Source: Eledone cirrhosa
Lineage: Eukaryota
Direction of reading: 5' to 3'
Assembly (NCBI GenBank): GCA_964016885.1
Contig: OZ024744.1
Location: 37,758,001 to 37,822,000, forward strand
DNA length: 64,000 bases
Part shown: piece after piece, positions 45,001 to 54,737 of the stretch
How positions within the stretch are numbered: the stretch's first letter is position 1
Layout of the letters: each line of letters opens with the position of its first letter
Made by a program: the position numbers and the translations under genes
Notes under the pieces: generated by a model
Databases searched by the model: none
Told to the model about the DNA's origin: nothing
The model's input: only the letters and a program-made list of their open reading frames with translations

Positions 45001-47666
45001 TTAATAATTTAGTTAAACTGGAACAATCACTCTGGTGCCCCTTCATAATTTTGTTAAACTGGAACAATCTGTCTTGACCCCCTTAATAATTTAGTTAAAC
45101 TGGAACAATCTCCCTTGTACCCCTTAATAATTTAGTTAAACTGGAACAATCTGTCTTGTCCCCCTTAATAATTTAGTTTAACTGGAACAATCTGTCTTGT
45201 CCCCCTTAATAATTTAGTTAAACTGTAACTATCTCTCTTGTCGCCCTTAATAATTTAGTTAAACTGTAACAATCTCTCTTGTCCCCCTTAATAATTTAGT
45301 TAAACTAGAACAATCTCTCTTTTGCCCTTAATAATTTAGTTGAACTGGAACAAAATGTCTTGTGCCCCTTAATAATTTAGTTAAGCTGTAACAATCTCTC
45401 TTGTCCACTTAATAATTTAGTTAAACTGAAACAATCTCTCTTGTCCCCCTTAATAATTTAGTTAAACTGGAACAATCACTCTTGTCCCCCTTCATAATTT
45501 AGTTAAACTGGAACAATTTGTCTTGTCCCCATTAATAATTTAGTTAAGCTGGAACAATCTCTTTTGTCCCCCTTAATAATTTAGTTAAACTGGCACTATC
45601 TCTCTTGTACCCCTTAATAATTTAGTTGAACTGGAACAATCTCCCTTGTACCCCTTAATAATTTAGTTAGAATGGAACAATCTGTCTTGTCCCCCTTAGT
45701 AATTTAGTTAAACTGGAACAATCTCTCTTGTCCCCATTAATAATTTAGTTAAACTGGAACAATCTCTCTTGTCCCCCTTAGTAATTTAGTTAAACTGGAA
45801 CAATCTGTCTTGTCCCCCTTACTAATTTAGTTAAACTGGAACAATCTCTTTTGTCCCCCTTAATAATTTAGTTAAACTTGAACAATCTCTCTTGTCCCCT
45901 TAATAATTTAGTTAAACTGTAACAATCTCTCTTGTCCCCCTTAATAATTTAGTTAAACTGTAACAAACTCACTTGTCCCTCTTAATAATTTAGTTAAACT
46001 GGAACGATCTGTCTTGTCCCCCTTAATAATTTAGTTAAACTGGAACAATCACTCTTGTGCCCCTTCATAATTTTGTTAAACTGGAACAATCTGTCTTATC
46101 CCCCTTAATAATTTAGTTAAACTGGAACAATCTCCCTTGCGCCCCTTAATAATTTAGTTAAACTGGAACAATCTGTCTTGTCCCCCTTAATAATTTACTT
46201 CAACTGTAATAATCGCTCTTGTACCCCTTAATAATTTAATTAAACTGTAACAATCTCTCTTGTACCCCTTAATAATTTAGTTAAACTAGAACAATTTCTC
46301 TTTTCCCCTTAATAATTTAGTTAAACTGGAACAATCTGTCTTGTCCCCCTTAATAATTTAGTTAAACTGGAACAATCTGTCTTGTCCCCCTTAATAATTT
46401 AGTTAAACTGGAACGATCTGTCTTGTCCCCCTTAATAATTTAGTTAAACTGGAACAATCACTCTGGTGCCCCTTCATAATTTTGTTAAACTGGAACAATC
46501 TGATTTGCCCCCCTTAATAATTTAGTTAAACTGGAACAATCTCCATTGTACCCCTTAATAATTTAGTTAAACTGGAACAATCTCCCTTGTCCCCCTTAAT
46601 AATTTAGTTAAACTGGAACAATCTCTCTTGTCCCCCTTCATAATTTAGTTAAACTGGAACAATTTGTCTTGTCCCCATTAATAATTTAGTTAAGCTGGAA
46701 CAATCTCTTTTGTCCCCCTTAATAATTTAGTTAAACTGGCACTATCTCTCTTGTACCCCTTAATAATTTAGTTAAACTGGAACAATCTCCCTTGTACCCC
46801 TTAATAATTTAGTTAGAATGGAACAATCTGTCTTGTCCTCCCTAATAATTTAGGTAAACTGGAACAATCTCTCTTGTACCCCTTCATAATTTAGTTAAAC
46901 TGGCACAATCTCTCTTGTCCCCCTTAATAATCTAGTTAAACTGGAACAATCTCTCTTGTCCCCCTTAATAATTTAGTTAAACTGGAAAAATATATCTTGT
47001 CCCTCTTAATAATTTAGTTAAACTGAACAATCTCTCTTGTCCCCCTTAATAATTTAGTTAAACTGGAACAATCTCTCTTGTCCCCCATAATAATTTAGTT
47101 AAACTGGAACTATCTCTCTCATCCCTCTTAATAATTTAGTTAAACTGGAACAAACTCTCTCGTCCCCCTTAATAATTTAATTCAACTGAACAATCTCTCC
47201 TGTCCCCCTTAATAATTTAGTTAAACTTGGACAATCTTTCTCGTCCCCCTTAATAATTTAGTTAAACTGGAACAATCTGTCTTGTCCCCTTTAATAATTT
47301 AGTTAAACTGTAACAATCTCTCTTGTCCCTCTTAATAATTTAATTAAACTGTAACAATGTCTCTTGTCCCCCTTAATAATTTAGTTAAACTGGAACAATC
47401 TGACTTGTCCCCCTTAATAATTTAGTTAAACTGGAACAATCTGTCTTGTCCCCCTTAATAATTTAGTTAAACTGGAATAATCTGTCTTGTCCCCCTTAAT
47501 AATTTAGTTAAACTGGAATAATCTGTCTTGTCCCCCTTAATAATTTAGTTAAACTGGAACAATCTCTCTTGTCCCCCTGAATAATTTAGTTAAACTGGAA
47601 CAATCTGTCTTGTCCCTCTTAATAATTTAGTTCAACTGGAACAATCTGTCTTGTCCTCCTTAATAA
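1..47666. repeat. 41-bp tandem satellite DNA array, consensus TTAATAATTTAGTTAAACTGGAACAATCTCTCTTGTCCCCC; open at the left window edge
   Basis: Continuous head-to-tail monomers of 41 bp (40 bp where the C-run is shorter), usually 0-3 substitutions each. No ORF in the track over this span. The last recognisable monomer ends at ...TTGTCCTCCTTAATAA (~47,666). Confidence 0.99.
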
Positions 47667-47700
47667 CGAAACAATACTGATTCTTTGTTCCCATTTATTA

Positions 47701-47819
47701 TATAAATATACATTCAGCGAGAATCGCTTTTCGGCTGGTAGAAAAAGCGAAACGAAACGCAAAAATCAGGATTATGCTGGCAAGCGCTCCATAGTTAAAA
47801 AACCGGAACTAAAGAATAT
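47701..47819 (+). repeat. ~119-bp direct repeat, copy 1
   Basis: ATTCAGCGAGAATCG...GTAGAAAAAGCGAAACGAAACGCAAAAATCAGGATTATGCTGGCAAGCGCTCCATAG recurs 602 bp downstream. Confidence 0.9.
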
Positions 47820-48240
47820 GTTAAAACGCCCTACAAAACTGAAAAAAGGGGTCAAGAAAGCATCAACTACCGATGCCATAAAGTAAATCAAGCTAAACAG
47901 GTCAAAACAAAATAAATGATACAAAATAGATCTGGACCCATTGGAATTGATGTTAAAATCTAAATGCAGGATTTCTATGACACCTAAATCAAAATACTGT
48001 CTCCTTGAAATTATAAGCTTTTGCTATAATGATCGAACAAGGAATATCACGTTATCAACAGGTATTTTGCTCTGTACTAAGTTTGTGAATGACATAGAGC
48101 CGCGTAAAAGAACATGTGTATTTCACAAGGGGAAAAACCCCAGATTTTGGCAAATGAATTCAGTATATGTATACCATGCAAAAAATTGCATAAATAGCAC
48201 AAATCGAATAAGCTCTCAACCGGGTAGCTTTTAAAATAAA

Positions 48241-48288
48241 CTTATGCAATTAACCTGTCAATAAAATTATTAACAGGTTAATTGTAAG
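48241..48288. repeat. ~48-bp near-perfect palindrome
   Basis: CTTA-tg-CAATTAACCTGT-c-AATAA-aa-TTATT-a-ACAGGTTAATTG-TAAG; perfect 12-bp core arms. Confidence 0.85.
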
Positions 48289-48302
48289 ACTCGGGAGATT
48301 AA

Positions 48303-48421
48303 TACAAATATAAATTCAGCGAGAATCGAATTTCGGCGAGTAGAAAAAGCGAAACGAAACGCAAAAATCAGGATTATGCTGGCAAGCGCTCCATAGATAA
48401 AAAACCAGAGCTAAACAATAT
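48303..48421 (+). repeat. ~119-bp direct repeat, copy 2
   Basis: Colinear with 47701-47819 (ATTCAGCGAG at 47712 and 48314), about 10 mismatches, identical central core. Confidence 0.9.
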
Positions 48422-48676
48422 ATATACACACAATATAGATATATATACAAAGACAATATATATATATATATACACACATACATATGAAAGAGTAATTGCA
48501 CATTGGGATATTGGAGTTGGCAAAGTCAAAGAAAATATTAGACGAGAAACGTAAGTAGATAAAAATGTTAATTGGAGGTCTCTCTTAACCTGTGCGCTTA
48601 ACTATATTGTTTGCGACACGTCAGACACTACGCTTGTCTACTCTGATATATATATATAATATAATATACTAATAAT

Positions 48677-48860
48677 TGTTTCTTCTTTAGGCACAAGGCC
48701 AGCAATTGTCCAGTACATTACTGGTACTTTATTCTATCGACCCCGTAAGGATGAAAGGCAAAGTTAACCTCGTGGGATTTGAACTCAGTCCGTAAAGGGA
48801 CGTAACTGTGCTGCAAAGCATAGTATCCGACCCACAACCGATGCTACCAATCCATCACCC
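48677..48860 (-). mobile_element. tRNA-derived SINE with 17-bp target-site duplication
   Basis: Minus strand has an A-box-like TGGTAGCATCGG, a B-box GAGTTCAAATCCC and the central motif GCCTTTCATCCTTACGGGGTCGATAGAATAAAGTACCAG. Perfect flanking repeats TATAATATACTAATAAT at 48660-48676 and 48861-48877. Confidence 0.9.
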
Positions 48861-48914
48861 TATAATATACTAATAATGAATATAACCAAAATTCAGAGAA
48901 GATACCATAAGGGT

Positions 48915-48936
48915 TATATATATATATATATATATA
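48915..48936. repeat. (TA)n microsatellite at the 5' junction of the Penelope-like element
   Basis: Direct reading. Confidence 0.95.
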
Positions 48937-49610
48937 CACAAATGGGAAAAAATGGTAAATAATGACACAAATGGCACCTGCCCCTTGTATAGGAGCAACT
49001 TTTGGAATACAATAGAAAGAACTAGGAATAAGGCTAGAATAAACTCATGGTATGATAGCAATAAATACCAGAGTGTAATGTTCATCGATACAACCCCTAG
49101 AGGTGAATTAGCTTACAAATTTAGAAAGGCCCTGGATAAACTTAAACTTAATATTAAGATAGTAGAAAGACCAGGTACCTCCATAAAAACACTTATTAGT
49201 AATACATACCCTTTTCAAGACCTCCCTGTATAGATAAGAAATGTATAATCTGTAAATTAAGCCTTAATATTAATTGTAAAACTAGAAATGTAGTATATAG
49301 CATAAGATGTACTGAAGGACAATGTAGAGATAAGAATATTGTGTACATAGGTGAGACAGCTCGTAGTATAGGGGAACGGATAAATGAACACTGCCGAGAC
49401 CTTCAAGATAGTAAAGAATCATCTGTACTCTACCAACATGCTAAAATAGAACATAAGGGTAAATTAGAGAACATAGAAATAAAAATAGAATCTACACACA
49501 GAAAAGACGCAATGTTTAGACAAATCACAGAGACAATAAACATAAATGAACTCCAACCAAAATTATATACAAAGCATGAATGGAACAGCAACATCACAAC
49601 TTACAATTAA
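48937..49610 (+). pseudogene. PLE ORF C-terminus: linker, Cys-rich Zn motif and GIY-YIG endonuclease, one frameshift
   Basis: ORF 48952-49233 (GTCPLYRS..W...ER..WY..VMFIDTTPRGEL..KIVERPGTSIK) joins, after a 1-nt deletion in the T-run at 49212-49215, a frame reading CIDKKCIICKLSLNINCKTRNVVYSIRCTEGQCRDKNIVYIGETARSIGERINEH...RQITE...KHEW, stop at 49608-49610. Confidence 0.9.
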
Positions 49611-49800
49611 GGACAAAATGAAAACACACACGCACATAGAACAAACAACCAACCATTAACATGTAAATAAACAAATATAAACACACACAGACACCCGGAT
49701 GTAACACATGCGCAAACTAAGCTCACAACACACACACAAATAAGATGGCGTAGGACAAAGATGGCAAAGGAGATGCACACAAACAAAGAAAAGAATCCCA

Positions 49801-49843
49801 GTCACTGAAGAGATCACATAATGTGTGACGAAAGAACTTTGAC
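49801..49843 (+). ncRNA. Minimal type I hammerhead ribozyme motif in the PLE 3' region
   Basis: GTCA (stem I) - CTGAAGA - G A TCACA TAATG TGTGA C (stem II) - GAAA - G AA C (minimal stem III) - T T (CUU cleavage triplet) - TGAC (stem I). Confidence 0.8.
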
Positions 49844-50030
49844 AATATATAAACAATCATCATGTTGTGGAACCAACCAACCAAATTTTATAAATTTATT
49901 ATAATAAATTGAATTGAAAGCAACTGGTGCGTGTGTTTCTTATTGGCAACATGACCCTCCCAAAGTATAACAATATCGGTTTCAACACACGTTTTCAGTT
50001 AAAGAATCTTGCTAAACAAATTCAGAAACG

Positions 50031-50032
<2 letters not shown>

Positions 50033-50099
<67 letters not shown>
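50033..50099. repeat. (AT)n microsatellite, about 33 units
   Basis: Direct reading. Confidence 0.98.
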
Positions 50100-50103
<4 letters not shown>

Positions 50104-50723
50104 CATGAGAAGAAAGAATGAATACTGCGTGGTTGCACATGGGTTACATATGATAAAAATAGTCCTTCATCAGTGATTTTCCAACCTTCTTTGGTATTTC
50201 ATCGCTTTAAAAATCATATACCTCCAGTTGGTGTGGGCAATAGCTAAATAAAGCTATTGGTCAAGTAAATCGCGTAAAGCGAGCGAGACAAGTAAACAAA
50301 CATAGAAGGATAGCAACGCAAAGATAGGAAAAAACAAGCACATGGAGTCCGATCAGCTGAAACTGTGTGGATTTCATGGGCGAGAGAGAAAGCAGACTGT
50401 CCGACGCGAGTGAGGTGTGAGCAAGAAAGGACCCCACTTCAGGCCAAACGGGAGGAAGTGAGAAGGGGAGAAGCAGAGAGTGAGTGAGTGGAAGTGCGAG
50501 GAAGAGGTCAGTCGAGAGAAAGTGTAACTGACAGAGGGGGCGAAAGAAGGTGAGAGAAACAGAGAGAGGGAGGAAGCAGTAAGAGAGAAACAGACAAACG
50601 CAGTTGGGGAAAATATATATAAAAATCATGAGAAGAAATATATACATATATGAAGTGTTTCTGTAGGAAAGGTAAAGGAAAAGACAGTGCTCTATGTAGG
50701 CTACAGAGCTTTTTAGTTTTTTC

Positions 50724-50937
50724 ATAAACAACATAAGATAATTACTTCATTTACCAAAGATTTCACGAAGACAGACGAGGCAAACACAGACGTCTGACTT
50801 CGGTCATCAGAATGAAATTTTATTTAAAACATTTAAAATAAAATTTCATTCTGGCGACCGAAGTCAGACGTCTGTGTCAGGCTTGTTTGTCTCCGTAAAA
50901 CCTTTGGTAAATTAAATAATTATCTTATGTTGTTTAT
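50724..50937. mobile_element. 214-bp foldback/palindromic element (MITE-like)
   Basis: About 100-bp inverted arms: ATAAACAACATAAGATAATTA...ACACAGACGTCTGACTTCGGTC..CAGAATGAAATTTTATTT against its reverse complement, roughly 15 mismatches, loop under 12 nt. The palindrome is seen directly; mobility is inferred. Confidence 0.65.
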
Positions 50938-50983
50938 TATATAACTATATATATAAAAGAAATAGGATTTCGCTTCAAGCATA

Positions 50984-51136
50984 GCTTTATACAATATGTA
51001 TAAATATTTCGTATCTCCAAAGAGATACGGTTTTAGGAAGCCGTAGCTATGCAAACACCGGGGGTCTAATACCTTCTGGTGATGCCCAGCAGAAGCATTT
51101 ATACATATTGTATAAAGCATTTATACATATTGTATA
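50984..51136. repeat. Perfect 22-bp inverted repeat around a 91-bp structured spacer; right arm tandemly duplicated
   Basis: GCTTTATACAATATGTATAAAT (50984-51005) and ATTTATACATATTGTATAAAGC (51097-51118); GCATTTATACATATTGTATA at 51095 and 51117. Confidence 0.85.
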
Positions 51137-51140
51137 CAAC

Positions 51141-53980
51141 ATGGCTGTTCAGGATCGGAAGTGTAAATGTGCGTGGATTGAGCTCGGTTTGGAAGCAGAG
51201 TCACTTGCTTAACGACCTCAGGTCATTAAACATAGATGTGGTGACCATCAGCGAGACGAGAATCTCCGAAACGCAAGCTTTCGCGCCAATCTTCGACGGT
51301 TACGAGGGGTACGCATCTCCGAGCCGTCCGTGAGCGGGGGGGGGGGGGCTGTGTTGTTTCGGGGAAAGGCTTGGGTCTCGCCATACGGACCATCTTCATA
51401 GGACCCAGAAGGCAAGTCGGTGGTGCTGGACGTAAGCGGCACCGAAGGCAACGCTTTTAGGCTAGTAGTCGTCTATGCCGCGACAGGGACAGGACGGCCA
51501 GATTTCTTCAGACGTCTAGAGACCTTTCTGGGAACTCCCGCTCTTTAGTGTTAGTGGGCGACTGGAACGGTATCTTAGATGCACGCTGGGATTGTATGGG
51601 GCTAGTGGATAGGGGAGGAGAGTGCAAGAGCCTCACCAACCTGCTCAGACGTTTTGAAATGTCTGACAGGTATCGACTGGGTCACCCGAATGTGCCAATG
51701 TGGACATGGAAAAACCGCATTGGGTTATCCAGATCGTATCTCGATAGGGTATTCTGCAGACAATTAGATAAGGCTAGTATAAGTTGTCCACAATTTAAAA
51801 TAGTCGACTACACAGACCACAAATTTGTGATCTGTGAGATCGAGATAGACAGACTTCATGGACAAGGACCCGGTTACTGGAAGCTGAACGCGTCTTTCCC
51901 GGCGCGCAAAGCCTACAGAGACCGGATTAGCGTATTAGTTAAGCGGGCGTTGACGGAAGCGGACGTCAACAATAGGTGGTGGTTCGCCCTGAAAAGGGCA
52001 ATTAAAGAAGAATCAATTAGGTTTAGCAAAGGACTAGTGATAGAAGAAAATGGTGTAGAGGGAGAGCTAGTCAGAAATCAGAAAGCTAGAAGAGGCGTTT
52101 AGGACAGGCAACGCAACCGACGTGCTTGCGGCGAGATTGGCATTCGAACAATTCTTCAACGCAAAACACGAAGGCTGCGTTGACAGAGCTAGAGCGCGTG
52201 CTCTGAAACACGAGGGGACAAAAGCCGTCCAATGGGGCCGGGTGGTTGAGGCGCGACGTGGCAACAAAGCCACATTTCGGTCTTTGTCTGACGCGTGTTG
52301 CTCGAATCCCGAGCAGATGTGTGAGGTTTTTCGGCAGCACTTTGCTGAACAGTTCGGGCGCAGCGGTGGGCCGGATGTGGGTATGGACTTCAGTGCATAT
52401 CTCGACGGACTGCCTCGGCTCTCGACGACCGCAGCACAGTGTTGCAAAAAGTCAATAACAGCAGGTGAAATACAGAAAGCGATGGCTTACTGCACGAGAG
52501 TTAAATCGCCAGGTTTGGATGGTCTGCCCTACGAGCTTTATGCATTTATGCCAGACTTGTCGGTGACCTCTTGGCAGACATCTACTGCAAATGGCAGCAG
52601 AACCGGAGCATTCCCAGTTTTGTGAGCCGGGGAGCGGTGGAGCTGCTGAGAAAAGACCCGAACAAGGGGGATGTTATCGATAACTTCAGGCCCATAACCC
52701 TGCTGAACGCAGAGTTCAAGATTTTGGTCAAGGTGTTAGTAACGAGGTTGGCGCTTGTCGTCGGGGGTCTGGTGGGAGAGGCGCAGACATGCGCCATTCC
52801 GGACAGATCCATACACGAGACCTCCACCTCATGCGATACATCGTAGAGATTGTGGTACGGGTGGAGCCCTGATCAACTTAGATCAATCCAAAGCATTCGA
52901 TAGGGTCGACCATCAGAACCTGGCGGCGGTCCTCGAGGCAGCGGGTTTCGGGCCCGTTTTCAGGGGTTGGATCGCTGCGATGTACAGCGACATCTGCTCA
53001 GTTGTGAGGGTGAACGGTCACCTGTCGCAGCCTTTAAGCATCATGTGCCCGGTCCGCCCGGGTTGTCCCCTCTCGTCCCTCTTGTACGTATTGGCTCTCG
53101 AGCCGTTACTGCACAAACTGGGGGCGATGGGGGTGTTCCGCGCGAACTAGGATGCGGGAAATCCGAGGCGGCTTACGCGGACGATATCACCCTAGTGGTG
53201 TTGTGCTCCAGATACGTCCAGATGCTCGGCACCGCTCTCAAGGAATACGAAGCGGTGACAGGAGCAAAGATAAACCAGGAAAAGTCGGTGGGCTTGCAGT
53301 TCGGCACCTGGAGAGGCAAGTCCATGCCGTCCGATATCGCCGTGGGGCGACGGACGGACGGATCGGTTAAATTGCTCGGGTTCTGGTTCGGACCATACCA
53401 CCAGATGGAGAACACCTGGAGCGAGGTGACAAGCAGGGTAGCCTCCCTCACCCAGAAATGGGCCGAGAGGAAGCTGTCCCTGAAAGGCCGGGCGGAGGTG
53501 GCGAATGCGTATATCGCATCCGTCATCTGTTACCGATTCACCGTCGTCCCTTTCCCCGGCTCAACTCTCACCAAAATGGAGCACCTTCTCTTCCGCTTTT
53601 TGTGAAAGGGACGCACTCCCATGGTCTGCTGTCAATACCCATTGCGTGGAGGACTGGGCACGCCATGGCTGATGATGCGCAAACACGCGCTGAGTCTGCG
53701 ACATCTCTGGTATTTCCTTGACGGTGAACAGGCGTGGTCGCCGTTCGCCAGGCACGTTTTCCTATTGGGGAATTTTTCATTGTTTCAATTTTCATTTTTA
53801 TTGTTTATATATATATATATTTTACTATGTCTTTTTCTTTTTCTTTTCTTATATAAATAATAAAAATCTTTACACGCACAAAACCCACATCGTACCGTCC
53901 AGTACCGTCCTGTGCCATCTGTAATGTTTTTCTTGATGTCAGCCCTTTTTTGCCAACAAAGAAATCATTATTATTATTAT
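51141..53980 (+). pseudogene. Degenerate L1/Tx1-clade retrotransposon (ORF2 APE+RT remnant plus 3' UTR), older subfamily of the element at 55.3-61.3 kb
   Basis: Fragments FRIGSVNVRGL, ISETR, LVGDWN, SYLDR, TDH, KSPGLDGLP, FRPITLLN, DQSKAFDRVDH, YADD, LSLKGRAEVAN in shifting frames with stops. Colinear with 57619-60272, then jumps to the 3' UTR at ~53761 and ends AAAGAAATC(ATT)4. Confidence 0.95.
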
Positions 53981-54247
53981 AATTCAATGTAGTTTTGTTT
54001 AGAGGAGCGACTATATTTTTTTTCAAGGAAACAGATACTAATTAGCTGAGATCTTATTTCATATCTGAAACTAACAAGTTAATTGAATTCGTCATGCATG
54101 CTTGAAAATAGACCTAGTGTTGTGTTTGTTTTTTTCCTTTCAAGGACCTCAATCACCTGAATGATTGCCACAGGTGAGGTGAAGTATATATTTCCAGTAT
54201 TTCCGTCTGAAGGAGCAATTTAATCCGTACCATTCTTCCTGGTTACT

Positions 54248-54402
54248 GATTCTTACTTTAGGCAGAACGCCAGCAAAAATGTGTGTGTAGGAGCAGGTGG
54301 AGGCGGGATGTCGATTATATCGATCTCAGTATGTGACTGGTACTTTATTTTACTGAGTCTGGAAAGATGAAAGGCAAATATCACCTTGCTGGGATTTGTA
54401 CA
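54248..54402 (-). mobile_element. Diverged, partial SINE of the same family as 48677-48860
   Basis: TTTAGGCAGAACGCCAGCAA...GACTGGTACTTTATTTTA...GAAAGATGAAAGGCAAA...GGGATTTG aligns to the first SINE. Confidence 0.75.
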
Positions 54403-54522
54403 AACGGTATAACAGAGAGTATGTTTTGTTACGCTTTTTTTCTGTTTATTTTTTAAATGGTGGCAGGCTGCATTGGAAATGTTTTTTTTTTTAATATCTC
54501 GTAGATCAAGGGTAATAAATAT

Positions 54523-54737
54523 TGGTTTCTAATTTAAGCACAAGGCCAATCATATCAGAAGAGATTAAATTCGATGATATCGACCCACGTACTTCACTGG
54601 TACTTTATTTTATCGACTGTTGAAAGGATGAAAAGCAAAGTTGATATTGGCAGAATATGATCTCTGAACTCTGAATAAAAGTGACCGTTACTAAATGTCG
54701 CAAAGCATTTGTCTGATGCTCTACCGATAGAACTTCC
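54523..54737 (-). mobile_element. Diverged SINE of the same family
   Basis: GTTTCTAATTTAAGCACAAGGCCA...CTGGTACTTTATTTTATCGAC..GAAAGGATGAAAAGCAAAGTT...GCAAAGCAT aligns to the first SINE. Confidence 0.8.

Larger units (their letters stand above)
48937..50032 (+). mobile_element. 5'-truncated Penelope-like retroelement (PLE), probably Naiad-like
   Basis: C-terminal linker plus GIY-YIG coding remnant, then an A/C-rich 3' region with a hammerhead motif; bounded by (TA)n on both sides. The right boundary is inferred from the microsatellite. Confidence 0.8.

Noticed and set aside
1-47666. CRISPR-like array (constant ~19-bp part plus variable part)
   Set aside because: The variable parts are point variants of one sequence, not unique spacers; no cas genes; eukaryotic context.
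47941-48234. 97-aa ORF between the direct repeats
   Set aside because: TTG start, no recognisable domain, compatible with chance in AT-rich DNA.
48770-48860. tRNA gene on the minus strand
   Set aside because: The A/B boxes belong to a SINE head; no cloverleaf, and it is followed by SINE body and flanked by a TSD.
49611-49800. SECIS element / selenocysteine use in the PLE
   Set aside because: No in-frame TGA at Cys positions and no recognisable AUGA...AA...GA kink-turn stem.
50261-50734. 157-aa minus-strand hydrophobic ORF
   Set aside because: By-product of a CT-rich strand (L/S/F-rich); no motif or splice support.
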